Positions 1 through 14,482 of a stretch of 64,000 nt of DNA are shown piece after piece. The stretch is from Octopus sinensis (taxonomy: Eukaryota): the NCBI RefSeq assembly GCF_006345805.1, contig NC_043003.1, positions 74,958,001 to 75,022,000 on the forward strand. Reading direction: 5' to 3'. Positions within the stretch are counted from its first letter, which is position 1. Each line of letters begins with the position of its first letter. The notes under the pieces were generated by a model. The model saw nothing but the letters and a program-made list of their open reading frames with translations. It ran no database searches and was not told where the DNA came from. A program made the position numbers and the translations under genes.

Positions 1-289
1 GTCCTCATCAATTTCTCCAAATCTCATTTGAAGATGAAGGTGAGGTTAGAGAAGGACATGCTGTCTACTAGTGTGTTTCTCAAAACGTGGTCGACAAAGG
101 TAAGACTGGTGAAACTAAATTGATCTACTCCTAATATACTTTTCGAAGAAGGAGGAAGGAAACTGGATGAGGGCAAGTTCCCATGCCTTCGAGATGGCAG
201 CGTAATCCGAGACTCTTTAGTGGGGTTTACTCCGGATTACCCTAAGTGGGCTGCCCCTACCCCCATTAGCGATTCTATTTACTTAATTA

Positions 290-2154
290 CACTGGTCAAC
301 AGACAACTGCCATCAGGGATATTATATGGTGTCTTATATGTAGATTTGTCTGCATATTTCAAAACTGTAATCAGTTTCCTTCTATCAGACACAGATTTCT
401 GATGAGATAAGAGAGGTATATAACTCCCATCAGCAGCATCGCTACACGTGAACGTCTTATACAGCTAAATTCTGACTTCTGTTTTAAAACTATTTTATTA
501 ATTGTGTAATTCTGTTTTCATATTATTTTTTTCATTAATTTTACTTTCCGTTTTAGGTGCCAAGTCATCATCATCATCAAATTCTACTCAGGACGTCAAG
601 GCATTGCAAGAACAGTCCTCATATATTTTGTCATGTTTGTGGTTCATTTACCACCACAGCCATCACAAGTTAAATCAAGAAGATCTACCTGTTATAATTT
701 TTGCTGCTCTCTCGAGGATCAAGATAAGATTTGGGGCCCGCACATCTTCTGCTAAGCTTGTTCAAATGAACAAAGGGATTGGCTATATAGGATGAAGAGA
801 GCAATGCCGTTTGCAATACCTATGATATGGAGAGGGCCAAAGGATAATTTCATGGACTGTTATTTCTGCAACGTTAATGTATGTGGGTTTATTGTAAAGA
901 CCAAGCATAACATTGTGTATCCCAAATTGGAATCAGCAAGAAGACCAGTACCACACAACGCTGATGATCTTCCTATTCCAATATCACCAGAAAATGGTCT
1001 TCAGAAGTCTTATGAAGATGTATTTCCCGAAGAAAATATTACTGCTGTGGAAGACACCGAAGTAGATGCAGATTTCACGATTTAAAAGGAAGACGTACCA
1101 CAGAAATTTTCTCAAGGAGAGTTAAATGATTTGATTAGAGATTTTTCATTGTCAAAGGATGAAGCTGAACTATTAGCATCTCTCCTACAAGGAAAGTGTC
1201 TCATTAAGAAAGATGTTTGTATTATTCATTCCAGGAAGAGAAATAGGGATCTGATTTCATGCTTCTCTGTTGATGGATCACTGTGTTTCAGTAATAGCAT
1301 TGATGAGTTATTTCGCTGTTTGTTCCAAGAGCATGTTCCAGCTGAATGGCGATTATTCATTGTTTTATCCAAGAGAAGCCTCAAGGCAGTGCTACTACAC
1401 AACGGCAATAAGAAATATCCATTCCCTTAGGACATTCAGTGCACATGAAGGAGTGTTATGAAAACATGAAAGCACTCCTCAATGCCATAAAGTATACAAA
1501 CTACAGCTGGAAAATATGTGAAGACTGGAAGGTGATTGGAATGTTGATGGGAATGGAATCTGGGTTCACGAAATATTGTTGCTTTTTATGCCTACGGGAG
1601 AGACGTGCAACTAACAAGCACTATGTGCAATCAGAGTGGCCTATGCAAAAATCATATGAGCAGGGAGTTTCAGGCCTCAAGACATTTTTACAGAGAACCT
1701 TGACATTTTACAGAGAACCTTAGAGCAGTGTCTAATGAGCAAGGGCAATGTTTTCATCAAAATATTGCAGCGATGGAACAACAATATCAAGGGTTTTGGA
1801 ATGTAGAAATGTTTGCTGAGTAGAAATGAACCTGACAAAAAACGCCATAGAAAGTCCAAATCCGAAAGATTTTAAGTTGTTATGCATTTGATTGAATTCT
1901 AACTTATTTGTATAATAAAACTTTAACTTTGTATAATAAAAAACCCTGAAATTATCGTATCTTGTATTAACTATACATTATATATACATGCTTTACGTAT
2001 CCTATAAGGTAGAACGGCTGGTATCATTAACATGAAAATGTGACCTGATAGAGGAAATCAGACTGCAGATTCGTAATCAGCAACAAACATTAACCCAGAA
2101 AAGTCAATCAGCAACACTGATGATAAAAAAAAAGTTACATTTTGTTGACCAGTG
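290..2154 (+). mobile_element. Chapaev3-type (CMC superfamily) DNA transposon, both ends present, internally deleted
   Basis: TIR CACTGGTCAACA (290-301) and TGTTGACCAGTG (2143-2154); 3-bp TSD TTA at 287-289 and 2155-2157; transposase fragments inside. Family name recalled from the CACTG ends, TWA TSD and motifs. Confidence 0.8.
792..1824 (+). pseudogene. Frameshifted Chapaev3-like transposase
   Basis: Motifs PFAIPMIWRGPKD..DCYFC, EWRLFIVLSKRSLKAVLLHNGNK, DWKVIGML..GFTKYCCFLC and ENLRAVSNEQGQCFHQNIAAMEQQYQGFWNVEM are split across frames; a large internal block is missing near 1680. Confidence 0.8.
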
Positions 2155-2359
2155 TTATAATTTATTTCCATACTTTCTACTATATATAATTTAATGAGAT
2201 ATTATCTCCCCTTCACCGATGTTATTCCTACGTGGATTTGTAATTTCTGTAATTTTTTTTTTTCCTGGTCTGTAACTCGTACTTCATATCTTGGGACATT
2301 TTGGCCAAGAAAAGAAATTATTATTGTTGATGTTGATTTGTTACTGTTGCTTCTGTTGT

Positions 2360-2603
2360 CTTCTTTTTCTTCTTCTTCTTCTTCTTCTTCTTCTTCTTCT
2401 TCTTCTTCTTCTTCTTCTTCTTCTTCTTCTTCTTCTTCTTCTCTTCTTCTTCTCTTCTTCTTCTTCTCTTTCTTCTTCGTCTTCTCCTCCTCCTCCTTCT
2501 TCTTCTCCTCCTCCTCCTCCTTCTTCTTTTTATTATTATTATTATTAATATTTTTATTATTAATATTATGATTATGATTATTATTATTATTATTATCATT
2601 ATT
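2360..2603. repeat. Compound (TTC)n/(TCC)n/(TTA)n microsatellite
   Basis: Directly visible. Confidence 0.98.
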
Positions 2604-3415
2604 GTAATTATTGAGCGAGAGAGCAGCGCATGCCATAAAAGTGACATACGAAGCCCAAAATACACATCATGACGACCCGTCTCATATAGTTACATTGGGA
2701 ACATGCATCACAACCATATGTGAGCGACATGGTGATCACCTTTCAAGATAAACAGCGCATAAACTTGGGGGTGGGGCCCAGTCAGAATATTCTTCAGGTA
2801 GATTAGTCCATCATGCTCAAAGGTCGCGCAGGACATCTTGCTCCCTGAAAAAGTGTTGCTTAAAGATGTGGTAGGATACACCCATGATCCAGAGGAGAAT
2901 TATTCAGACCCCAAAGAATTTCATCAACACATGTCTATGTTGCTCCCTCACTTCCTCTGCTTGTGTGCAGAGATACACATATCGTCAACCATTAAGAAAC
3001 ATGCTGAAATGGTTAAGGTCAAACGACTGGCAAGCAAACCTGTGGTATTCAGCAGAATAAGGGCGGCGAGCTGCCGGAAACGTTAGCGCGCTGGGCGAAA
3101 TGCTTCGCGATATTTCGTCTGTCGTTACGTTGTGAGTTCAAATTCCGCCGAGGTCGACTTAGCCTTTCATCCTTTCGGGGTCGATAAATTAAGTACCAGT
3201 TACGCACTGGGGTCAATGTAATCGAATTAATACCTATGTCTGTCCTTGTTTGTCCCCTCTATGTTTAGCCCCTTGTGGGTAATAAAGAAATAGGTATTCA
3301 GCAGAATATTTGCTGTTGCCCATCTTTTATCAAGACAATGTGCGTGTTGACACTTCCAATCTGTTAAGATCAGTAGCCATGAGAACCACTGCCTGGTAGT
3401 GCATCAGGGATTTAT
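2604..3415. mobile_element. Non-coding interspersed repeat flanked by (TTA)n on both sides, interrupted by a SINE
   Basis: 2790-2905 is homologous to the reverse complement of 19927-20027; (TTA)n borders both ends; the sequence resumes after the SINE at 3293. Confidence 0.6.
3060..3292 (+). mobile_element. tRNA-derived SINE, family A, with 16-bp TSD
   Basis: B-box GAGTTCAAATTCC; conserved body TTCATCCTTTCGGGGTCGATAAA; TSD GGTATTCAGCAGAATA at 3044-3059 and 3293-3308; homologues at 13658, 23501 (-) and 54109. Confidence 0.9.
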
Positions 3416-3484
3416 CAATATTATTATTATTATTATTATTACTATTATTATTATTATTATTGTTATTACTATTATTATTATTAT

Positions 3485-3526
<42 letters not shown>

Positions 3527-3530
3527 AAGC

Positions 3531-3586
<56 letters not shown>

Positions 3587-3760
3587 GAGGAGGAGGAGGA
3601 GGAGGAGTAACACTTACAGCAATATTAGTTGTAGCGGTAAGACTTGTTGCATCAAATCTTTCAACGGAGTAGTAGGGTTTCAAGCGAAGAAGAAGAAGAA
3701 GAAGAAGAAAAGAAGAAGAAGAAGAAGAAGAAGATGAAGAAGAAGAAGAAGAAGAAGAAT
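3416..3760. repeat. (TTA)n/(TAG)n/(GGA)n/(GAA)n microsatellites
   Basis: Directly visible. Confidence 0.97.
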
Positions 3761-4138
3761 GCGCAAAACATAATATAGAAACCAAAATACCGGGAAGACG
3801 GAAAAAACTGACAATAATAAGAAATATGACGATGGCAGTGATGATGGTGGGGGTATTTAGGCGGAGCATAGATGATGATGATGAGGAGGATAGTGATAAC
3901 GATAATGATGATGATGACGATGAGGCATTTTGTGATTATGTCGCTGATTCCGTCAAAATTTTATTGACAGTGATATTTATCCGTTCGTGTGTTTACATGC
4001 ACGAATGAGTAGTGTAAATTTACTGTGAATATTTGAATGTGATTGTGTATGTATTTGCACACAGATACATGTATGTATATATGCATCTATGTATATCTAT
4101 ATACATACATATATACATACATACACACACACACACAT

Positions 4139-4193
<55 letters not shown>

Positions 4194-6303
4194 TACTAAC
4201 ATATATATACATGCATACATATATATGCCATTGACACATACACTCACACACAGTCACACTTATACATATGTATCTATCTTTTTTGTCTCGCGCTGTGTGT
4301 GTATATATATATATATTTATGTATATGCGATTATTCATTGTGTTTTATATATGTGCCAGTGATAAATGTATCTGTGTAAGTGTGTATGTACTTATAACTT
4401 CATAATACATGTTTATGTATGTTGTAGTAGTTATGTGTATGCTGGTATGTATGAGTGTATGCGAATGCATGCATACGTATTTACATATTTCTGTCTATAT
4501 TTATGCAAGTATTGTTTGCATCTTAATGCTTGTGATGTGTTGACTGCTAGAATCTAATTAGTAAGAAGGGGAAAAGCAAGTTTTGATGGTGTCTGTTTAA
4601 GCGAGATGTTCCAATAAGTGTGAAAGAAGTGATATGCATTCCGAGAGAAATGAAGACGTCGACAACGGCCATCTGAAATGAAGACGTCGACAACGGCCAT
4701 CTGAAATGAAGAAAGTAGCTTCAAATAGGAGTGAAAGGAATAGAGAATGAGGAAATAAGAGGAATGAGGAAAGACTGAAAAGAACGTTCACGTATATAAG
4801 GACAGGGAATGCGAAGAACCAGCATTTTAGAAAGACGTGATATTGCAGATATATGTAAAGTATGGTCAATTATATTTGGTGAGGGTTTTGATGATTGTGA
4901 CGGGATTTTTTTATCGATGTGTGTTCTCTAGAGATGATACGCGTCGCAGTATCGTCTCCGTTGATCGTAATAATGTTAATGGTGATAACTCATATAAGAG
5001 AAACGTCTCGTCAGCTATCTAGCGAAACACTTTCTAGTTGTGTGAAATGCTTTTCTAACGTAAATTGGTACGATGTAGCTCAACAGGCTGATATACAAAT
5101 AAATTGATTACCCTACTGATTTTGCAAGCTGACATTACACTATATTGTACAATAAGTAGATAGCAACGCTTCTGCAGAATTAGGAGGTTTGATTTCGGTT
5201 TGAAGTATTTGAATGATCATCCACATCGCTGTGCCTACGAAACATTTTAATTTTTAGCCAATTACTGGAGATGCCATCATTAAATACAACTTTCGAAAGG
5301 GCCTATATATAGATAGATAGAGAGAGAGAGCACAGTGAAGATATGATATTAACATATGAATTTAGTATCATCCATCGTATGTGTAGTATTTTCCTTCGTT
5401 AGAACATTCTGTCATTTCACTCAGTGTGAGATTGCATATCCAAATGTATATATTATTTTCAGTAGTTTACACAGAAACTAATCCGTAAGTCTTAGTGATA
5501 ACCACAATACGAATTCAACCAAAATAGAAAGCACATAAAAAAAGAGACACGCATATTAAACAGTATCAGACCAACTCTGAATTACAATTTTATCTGTATG
5601 GACAGACTGTAAGAGAGAAAGTGCAAAAGAGATGAATAAGATACAATTAAACGTTTGGAGATAATAAGGTGATAAAGCGAATATACTTACTATCTTATTT
5701 TAATTGCTTCAAAAAAGCATATAAAAGCTAGATTGTCAAAATTAAGTTTAAATAGAAGCTGATTTGAGTATAGAATGGAACGAGCTGTCGAACGGTGAAA
5801 ACTTTCAAAGCAAGCGTTGATGAGCTCAGAGATGGCCAGTCTTCAGCATTTCAGCACTTTACTATCATTCAATGCTTAATTTTATTATATTCTTCATTCT
5901 GTTTGCAATTTATTCCTTAGAGTCTAACTATGGAATACAATTTTAATTTATAGTCAGCTAGACACTTTATTTTTGTTTGTTTCTTTATTTCAGTATCTTT
6001 TTATTTTGATTTAAATCGCATTTTTTTCTATTACTGAATCTGTTGGTTTACATTTGTCTCTAAATTCCTTTGGTTCTGCATTCTCACACTGTGTGAAATG
6101 ATAGTATGATATATCGAAGCTCTCATTTATTCTATCATCTGATGAGCAAATCTTACATCCGGGATGGAGGATAGTAATTACACAACAGGTAAATGATATT
6201 GTTTCGTCGTTGTATTACGGGGGTAGAAATGTGTCGAAGCAACCATGATTTTAAATAAAGCATGTCATCCTTTCCATTTATATCATATTCACTTAGTCTC
6301 CTA

Positions 6304-7260
6304 TACGAGGGAGAGCTGAAAATTTCATAGGCTAAATATGAAGTAATGATAGAACTGTGACAACTTGCACGCATTAATTTGAACTGTTCTTATTGAAACT
6401 TCATTGTGTCTTTCCAATAAGCTGATACTCTTGAAAGTGGACACAATTAAGCATGGTTATGTTATCAATAGCAACGGGAAAAGGGCTTAACTTTCAACGA
6501 CATTCAAACTGGCATAATTGCTACATTAAGAAATGGCTCTCCGGCTTTATCAATTAAGGATGGGGCAGGAGAGTCTTGGACATGACACCAGGTACCACAT
6601 TGATCGTCTTCACCACCAGGTGATAGATGATAGGTGATTGACTAAAATCAAATTACCAATGTTATTAGCATATTTCGTGATAGATTTGAGAATATTGTGC
6701 ACAATGAACTTAGCTTGATGCAGGATTCTGCTCAGTGGGCGTCGCGTCTTCTGATACCTGATCAAAGGCGGGCCAGTCTAATTACATCAAAAGCAAATCT
6801 GACATTTTTTTAGCATGATCCTGTTGCTTTACTTGAACGTAACCTAAGTCAGGATGAGCCTTGCGTTCATCATTTGGAACCAAAGACATACAGACAATAA
6901 ATGCAAGGAAACAACCCTCCTTGTCTGCTGCAAACCAGGCCAATGTTGTCTCATCGGCAGGGACGTTTGTGGCCATAGTCTTTCGGGATGGAAAAGCATA
7001 GTGTTTATTGCCTATCATTAAAGTGACCACACTGTCAATGGAGATTATGCCAACTTCCTGAGGCAGATACGAATGACTGGTAAGACCAAATTTCGAGGAA
7101 AACTTACGAAATATGCCTTTTTTCATCAGGACAATGCTCTAGTACACACGTCCTTCTTTCCAATGGCTGTCGTGCGAGACCGTGGCGTTTATTTGCCGAT
7201 CACCTTCTCTATTGTCCTAGTTTGTTTCTATCATATTATCATCTGATCCAGCAGTTATCA
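6304..7260 (+). mobile_element. Decayed mariner (DD34D) transposon, left end plus transposase remnant
   Basis: TA + CGAGGGAGAGCTGAAAATTTC TIR-like start; remnants of WVPRLLT (gggcgtcgcgtcttctg), FHQDNA (tttcatcaggacaatgct) and a degenerate HPPYSPDL. Confidence 0.75.
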
Positions 7261-7277
7261 TAACACCAAATGTGCTT

Positions 7278-7504
7278 CTAGTGATTCTTTTGATCATCAT
7301 CATCATCATCAACATCATCATCAACATCATCACTACCATCGAAAATTGGAAAATTCCCTTAGACACCAGATGAAGGCTGGGGCGTGTATCAGCCGAAACG
7401 CTGTATTAACAAAAAACAAGATGAGGACAAATATCCGTCAAATATAAATAATACAAATTAAGTAAATAATGTACGTAATTCCTCATCTCTTACATATAGA
7501 ACTG
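7278..7504 (+). mobile_element. Partial copy of the HHR-bearing SINE
   Basis: Homologous to the reverse complement of 59234-59420 and shares the 3' end ATATAGAACTG; carries (CAT)n where the other copy has (AAT)n. Confidence 0.8.
7363..7406 (+). ncRNA. Decayed type-I hammerhead motif
   Basis: ACAC-CAGATGA-A-GGCTG[loop]CAGCC-GAAAC-GCT-GTAT; perfect stem II, core U4>A, triplet mutated. Confidence 0.65.
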
Positions 7505-7509
7505 GAAAT

Positions 7510-8120
7510 TATTTGTTTTGCAAAGTGAATTATATACCAATCGATATTGCTAGAGGCATCTGTATTAGGGTTTCTATTTCTACCTAAGCTTTTTCTAAAA
7601 GCGAGTTGCCTATTTACCTGATATTTATTTTGGCATTGGGTTTGTCTATTATTACATTTGTCAGTTATTTGTGTAGTACTGTTGGCATAGCGTACGTATT
7701 GGTTACCTAACCTAAATGAAGAGGACCTCTAGGGCGATCCAATCGTATATAAGTCACCACGCATTTTACTTGGCACAAAGTCATGTAAATTTGTAATCTG
7801 CTCTTTGGTTCTAGGTACTCTATTGTATTTTAAATGCACGGACTTTCAATCTTTAACTCTTCCCACCGTTCATACTTGGCGGTTAGTGGTGTTATTCATA
7901 ATATGACTTCAATTTTGATTACTGCTAGTGTTGTCAATCCAACTACCTATATTATTTCTATGATTACAACCGTTAAAGAATTTGAATTTTTCTGTATATC
8001 CCGCGTTCTCTAATTCTACATTATAAAAGTGCTCGTTTAGTTTAAATACTTCCTCGTTCAGATGTTTAGTATGTGAATTGATATACTATCTACTCGAGAT
8101 CTGGTTATGCATTTTGGGTG
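7510..8120 (-). mobile_element. Possible PLE reverse-transcriptase C-terminal remnant
   Basis: The minus strand reads ..NEEVFK...FYNVELENAGYTEKFKF near 7975-8070, resembling the PLE S.EEIF...YN.AL..SGY motif; heavily decayed. Confidence 0.35.
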
Positions 8121-9059
8121 ATTGCTGTTTTTATGAATGTACCTAAGGTCCATATTAGGCTTGTAATATGGGATGTGTATTCTTGTGCTTACATCTAAAC
8201 TATCGTGAAGAAAGTTAACTGAGTCATGCTCTCTTATATTGAAAGTCGTATAATTAATAAGAAATTAAACAGGAACACGGTGTTATCCAATCAGTGAAGT
8301 ATACCACTATCTCTTTCTAAGCTTGAGTACTATATAATGGATCGTTGTGGATAGCTGGTAATAGGGTACTCGCGAGGATAACTTCCCATTTTATACTCTT
8401 TCTCTGTCAATATATAAATATATATATATATATATATAATATATATATAAATACATATATATATATAGGTGTGTGTATGTGTTTTTGTACACACACACAT
8501 TCAGACACAAACACACACGAGAATACACATACACACACATATATATATGTAACTAACTTATAGGCGTGTGCCCGTGTGTTTATAAACAGTAAACGAATGG
8601 AATTACACAATATTGTGTCATAAAGAATATATTACCAGGCATATGTAGACAGAAAGGGAAGAATATTCAACAAAAACTTCCAAAAATTAGTAATGAACAA
8701 GTGGTTAATTACAAAACCAGTACTCATGGGATGTCAGAAAACATATATGAACATGTAGCACTTAATTAGGCGCTGACTGAGGCAGTATAGTTTTGACAGT
8801 AAAATACTTTGAGTAATCTAGAGTGGCATTGGATCACATAGAAATAGCAGCAAAATATAAGATAATTATACGAAGATAAAAATAACGCTCGAAGATCTAA
8901 AAGTGATGTATTTCGTACATTTTCAGTATTAAACAGACTTACAGAAACTCACGGATTTATAATGAAACAAATCTTACTAAATATTGAAAAGAAGATAGGC
9001 AATATTCAGTGCAAAAAGCTGTTCAAAACTGTACATAAACTAAGGAGTCTTTGTAGATA

Positions 9060-10410
<1,351 letters not shown>

Positions 10411-10804
10411 GTATGTGTATTAATATCATTCCGTATGTTTCTCCTTTGTTACCAATTGTATGCATTTTTATTTTTATTTTTATTTTATATATTTCCCCAC
10501 TCAAGATTTGTTTTATCTCATTAAGATATGGACAGAATTGGTACATTCACGTATCTAGCATGCACTCTCGTAAATTACTCTATTAGAATATATACAGTAG
10601 TTCGTTTTCCCTTTTTTTGTGCATTTCTTTTACGATTTATATATATATTTTGTTTTTACATTTCGCTTTTGTCGCAAGAATTTGATCCAACCTTTTGTAT
10701 TCCAAACTCAATTTATAGAATCCTTTTGTTTTAGGCTAAAGAAATGTGGTTACAGCAACATAAAAGCAGATTTTTATTCACATGCAGGGCTAATAAATAT
10801 AGAG

Positions 10805-10859
10805 TTGATTATGATGATGATGATGGTGATGATGACGACGACAACGACGATGACAACGC

Positions 10860-10892
<33 letters not shown>

Positions 10893-11003
10893 GATGATGA
10901 TGATGATGATAAGGATGATAACGAAAACAACAAGATCAATAATCATCATCACCATCGTGTTCATTCTCCTCATCATTATCATCAGCAGCAGCAGCGTCAT
11001 CAT
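10805..11003. repeat. (GAT)n/(CAT)n trinucleotide repeats
   Basis: Directly visible. Confidence 0.95.
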
Positions 11004-12286
11004 TATTGCTGTTTATATGATATATAAATGAATATGTGTGATTGCCTGTCGGCGTTCGTCTCTTCTAATGGCATCTGTATTTTTTTTTTTTCGTTTTTGC
11101 TTTTCAGTTTTCATTCTCTGTATTATTCGCGTTATTTCGTTTGTAGTTTATTATATATTTCAAAACTCTTAATTGAAACATATCATTGCAGGTTGCATGG
11201 ATGTCTTGTATCAGTGTATACTAACCAGTAATTTCCGTGTTCAGTAACCAACGAAAACCATTTTTAACTCATTTCTTCTGGCTGGCAGTATTTAGCTTCC
11301 AGATTTAGTTTCCTATTTCAGTATCTCTCCATTTCAAAGCTGAATTTCATCATTGTCGTGCAGACAATGGGTAAAAATAGTCGAATTGCTGCCATGAATG
11401 CTGTTAATTTGGCATTGAATGAACATAAGCATGGCAAAGACATTGAAGTGATATAGATTTGTGAGTTATATTCCAGTTTAAACAATAAGATAGACTCTAA
11501 TCCCTGTGGCAAAAACAGGAACAACAAAACTTAAGACAAATACGAAAAGAAACAGTAAGGGACTCTTATCTGTTGTAATTTGCCTTTCAGTAAACAGGTG
11601 AAAACATCTGTTTTGAAGATGTCTGAAACAGAATGAATTTTCTGGCGCAAAGTAGATGGCATCAAATAATTAATGTAACACAAAAGTTATCTCACTCGAC
11701 AATACCAAATTTGATAATTATTATAGCGTCTTCCAATAGTTTTAAATTGAATACACAAAATAATTGTACACAACATAAGATATTTTCTGAGTATATTGAT
11801 ATCAGTCCGATAAAATCATGTAGTACAAAATTAAACAAAACACCTTGAAAGATTTAAACACAAACTGAGAATAAAAAGTCGAAGAGACAAAATGTAGACA
11901 GTCTTTTGGCTGGACTTGGGGGGTGGACTTGCCTACTCCCTGTGTTATTCGGAAAAAAATTAGGTGACTGTAATAATTTATTAAGCTTTTTGATGTCATC
12001 CTGTTACACATCACAATAACAGTACTCGTGATTGTAAATTTAGGTCTCTTAGTAGATGGCATTTGCATTTAAATTGCGTACATATTAATGTAGTAAATAA
12101 ATATAGTAATGTAATGTACGTGTTGTGTGTGTGTGAGTGTGTGCGTGCGCGCGCTTTCAGAAAGAATATAAACATAAAATCTATAGATTTTATATACGTT
12201 AGTCTACGTAATAATAATAGTAAAATATAATGCATGGGCTCACAGCAATAAAAGATGACATGCGTTATTTATACTTTTACATAAGT

Positions 12287-12360
12287 GGCTCCATAGTTCA
12301 GTTGGTTAGAGCGCCAGTCTAGGAAAATAGAGGTCGAGGGCTCGAATCAATCTGCAGCCT
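12287..12360 (+). pseudogene. tRNA-Thr-like pseudogene
   Basis: GGCTCCA/TGCAGCC acceptor stem (6/7 pairs), D-arm TAGTTCAGTTGGTTAGAGC, anticodon loop CTAGGAA (cf. CTAGTAA of tRNA-Thr-AGT); anticodon and T stems broken. Confidence 0.7.
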
Positions 12361-12376
12361 GTTGGTAACTTATTCT

Positions 12377-12552
12377 AGGCGCAGGCATTGTTGTGTGATA
12401 TGGATTTCTTTTTCCAACCTCATTGTTCCGGGTTCAGTCCCATTGTATGGAACTTTTGGCAAGTTTCTTTTATTATTTCATTCGTCAAGCTAAAACTGTG
12501 TTAGTGGGTTCGGCTGACAGAAGCTGGAAGACGTCCGTCGTATATACAAATA

Positions 12553-12585
<33 letters not shown>

Positions 12586-12780
12586 CTATGTATGTATAAA
12601 TATCGCTTGACAATGTATAAATATCGCTTGACAATCTAGCAGTTCGGCAAAAGATCCGGACAGAATAAGTACCAGGCTTAAAAAGAAAATATACTGTGGT
12701 CGATTAGTTAGATTAAAAATTACGTAGCATGACCGCAGTCGAATGACTGAGGTAAATAGACGATTAAATATAAACAGACA
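12377..12780 (+). mobile_element. SINE family B (tRNA head, CORE-like body, internal (TG)n)
   Basis: Homologous to 22572-23100, 28513-28680, 31896-32030 and 58418-58562 (-). Confidence 0.8.
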
Positions 12781-13657
12781 CATATATAATGATACATATT
12801 AATCATTATATAAGTGTGTGTGTGTGTGCTTGCGTGTATGTGTGTTTGAATGTTTACACATAAACATGAAGGCTCGTTAACCACCGCCGCTATGATTTTG
12901 CACTTGCTCGCATTTATACGCGTGCGAACACCACTCCACCACACCCCAGTAATTCTCAAAACATAGACACACTCCAAAACCAGCCTACACTCACTGTCGC
13001 ACTTCTGTCTCACCACCAAGAATAGTATCACTGCCAGTTTCCTCATATGTTCCTTTCGTTTTTACCACTGTTCCTCTTACCTTCCACATACACACAGACA
13101 CACAGACACATACATATATACACACACATACCGAAATCTCACAAACATGAAAACAGATTCATGCATACGGAGGAGATATGAATTCTTATGCTATATATAT
13201 TCTCGTAAATATTCCCATATTATCGTTTTAAATATATATGTAGTTACTGAAAAACACGAAAAGTAAGATAATATTAGGTAGTCAATATAATTGTTTGAAG
13301 ATGCTTAATGGTCATTTGGATATATCATACCCTCACTTCTCTACAGGGTTCATGCTATTCAAGGACTACAGATTGACGGGATCATTAGAGCTTTATAAAT
13401 AAGGCGATACATTACTTGTCTTAGTCTTACAGCTCTATGTTCAAGCAACAATCGTGAAGCCTTTCTTTTTCTACTTTGAGCTTTCTTTAAAATAAAATTT
13501 ACAGTCTTTTACTGAAGTACATGCAAGCGTCAAACATTTGTTAAACGTTTTAAACGCTTTTTAGTGTACTCATAATAGCGAATAACGTTAATATGTAATG
13601 AAAGTTACTTCAGAGACTAACACACATTTATAGATATACAAATATACATAAGAGGAT

Positions 13658-13885
13658 GCGGGAAGCTGGCAGAAACGTTAGCGCGCCAAGCGAAATGCTT
13701 AGCGGTATTTCGTCTGTCGTTACGTTCTGAGTTTAAATTCCGCTCTGGTCAACTTTGCCATTCATCCTTTCGGGGTCGATAAATAAAGTACCGGTTTCGC
13801 ACTGGGGTCGATATAATCGACTTAATCCCTTTATCTCCCCTTGTTTGTCCCTTCTATGTTTAGCCGCTTGTGGGTAGTAAAGAAA
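13658..13885 (+). mobile_element. SINE family A
   Basis: Colinear with 3060-3292. Confidence 0.9.
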
Positions 13886-14363
13886 CATATACATAAGAGT
13901 ACATCTGTGTGTGTCTGTGTGCTGATTCATATAATATTAAATGTTATATAGTAATTATTATTCGAAAGTTGTAACTTGAAGTAAACATAATAGTTTCGGT
14001 CCCTATTATCTCTCATGTGGGACGACATAATGAACGACCCGTTAGTTTCAGGTCTTATCCGTCATTTATAACGGATAAAATACATAAAAGTTCATATATA
14101 TAGTCCACATAGTCCAGATGTATTTCCACAAAGCTAAACTAGTTTAACTATGAAAGTCTAGAAAAGTTCATCTAATAGAAAACCCAATTGAATTATGCTG
14201 CACTGCAATCTATATCAAATTGTAATGTATTAATAACTGGAGTGAGAGAAATTATATATTCATTGAACAATATGCCTTGAATTTCATATTATCTCAAAAA
14301 CACTGTAATTCAGTATCAATTCTTCTACCTATCTATTATTCTGGCAAATTATCTATCTATCTA

Positions 14364-14394
<31 letters not shown>

Positions 14395-14410
14395 CTATAT
14401 ATATATATAT

Positions 14411-14482
<72 letters not shown>

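Noticed and set aside
399-430. CTGATGA with a weak downstream hairpin
   Set aside because: No GAAA core or stem III; lies inside the Chapaev element.
4980-5016. GAAACGTC adjacent to an antisense CTGACGA
   Set aside because: Core halves are on opposite strands; cannot form a hammerhead.
6139-6170. CTGATGAGC
   Set aside because: No paired stem II or GAAA follows.
13985-14035. Minus-strand GTCCC..GGGAC-C-GAAAC hairpin
   Set aside because: The 5' core would need three or more substitutions; too degenerate to call.
14395-14470. TT/AA phase flips within (TA)n tracts throughout the window
   Set aside because: Expected from slippage or sequencing indels in self-complementary repeats.
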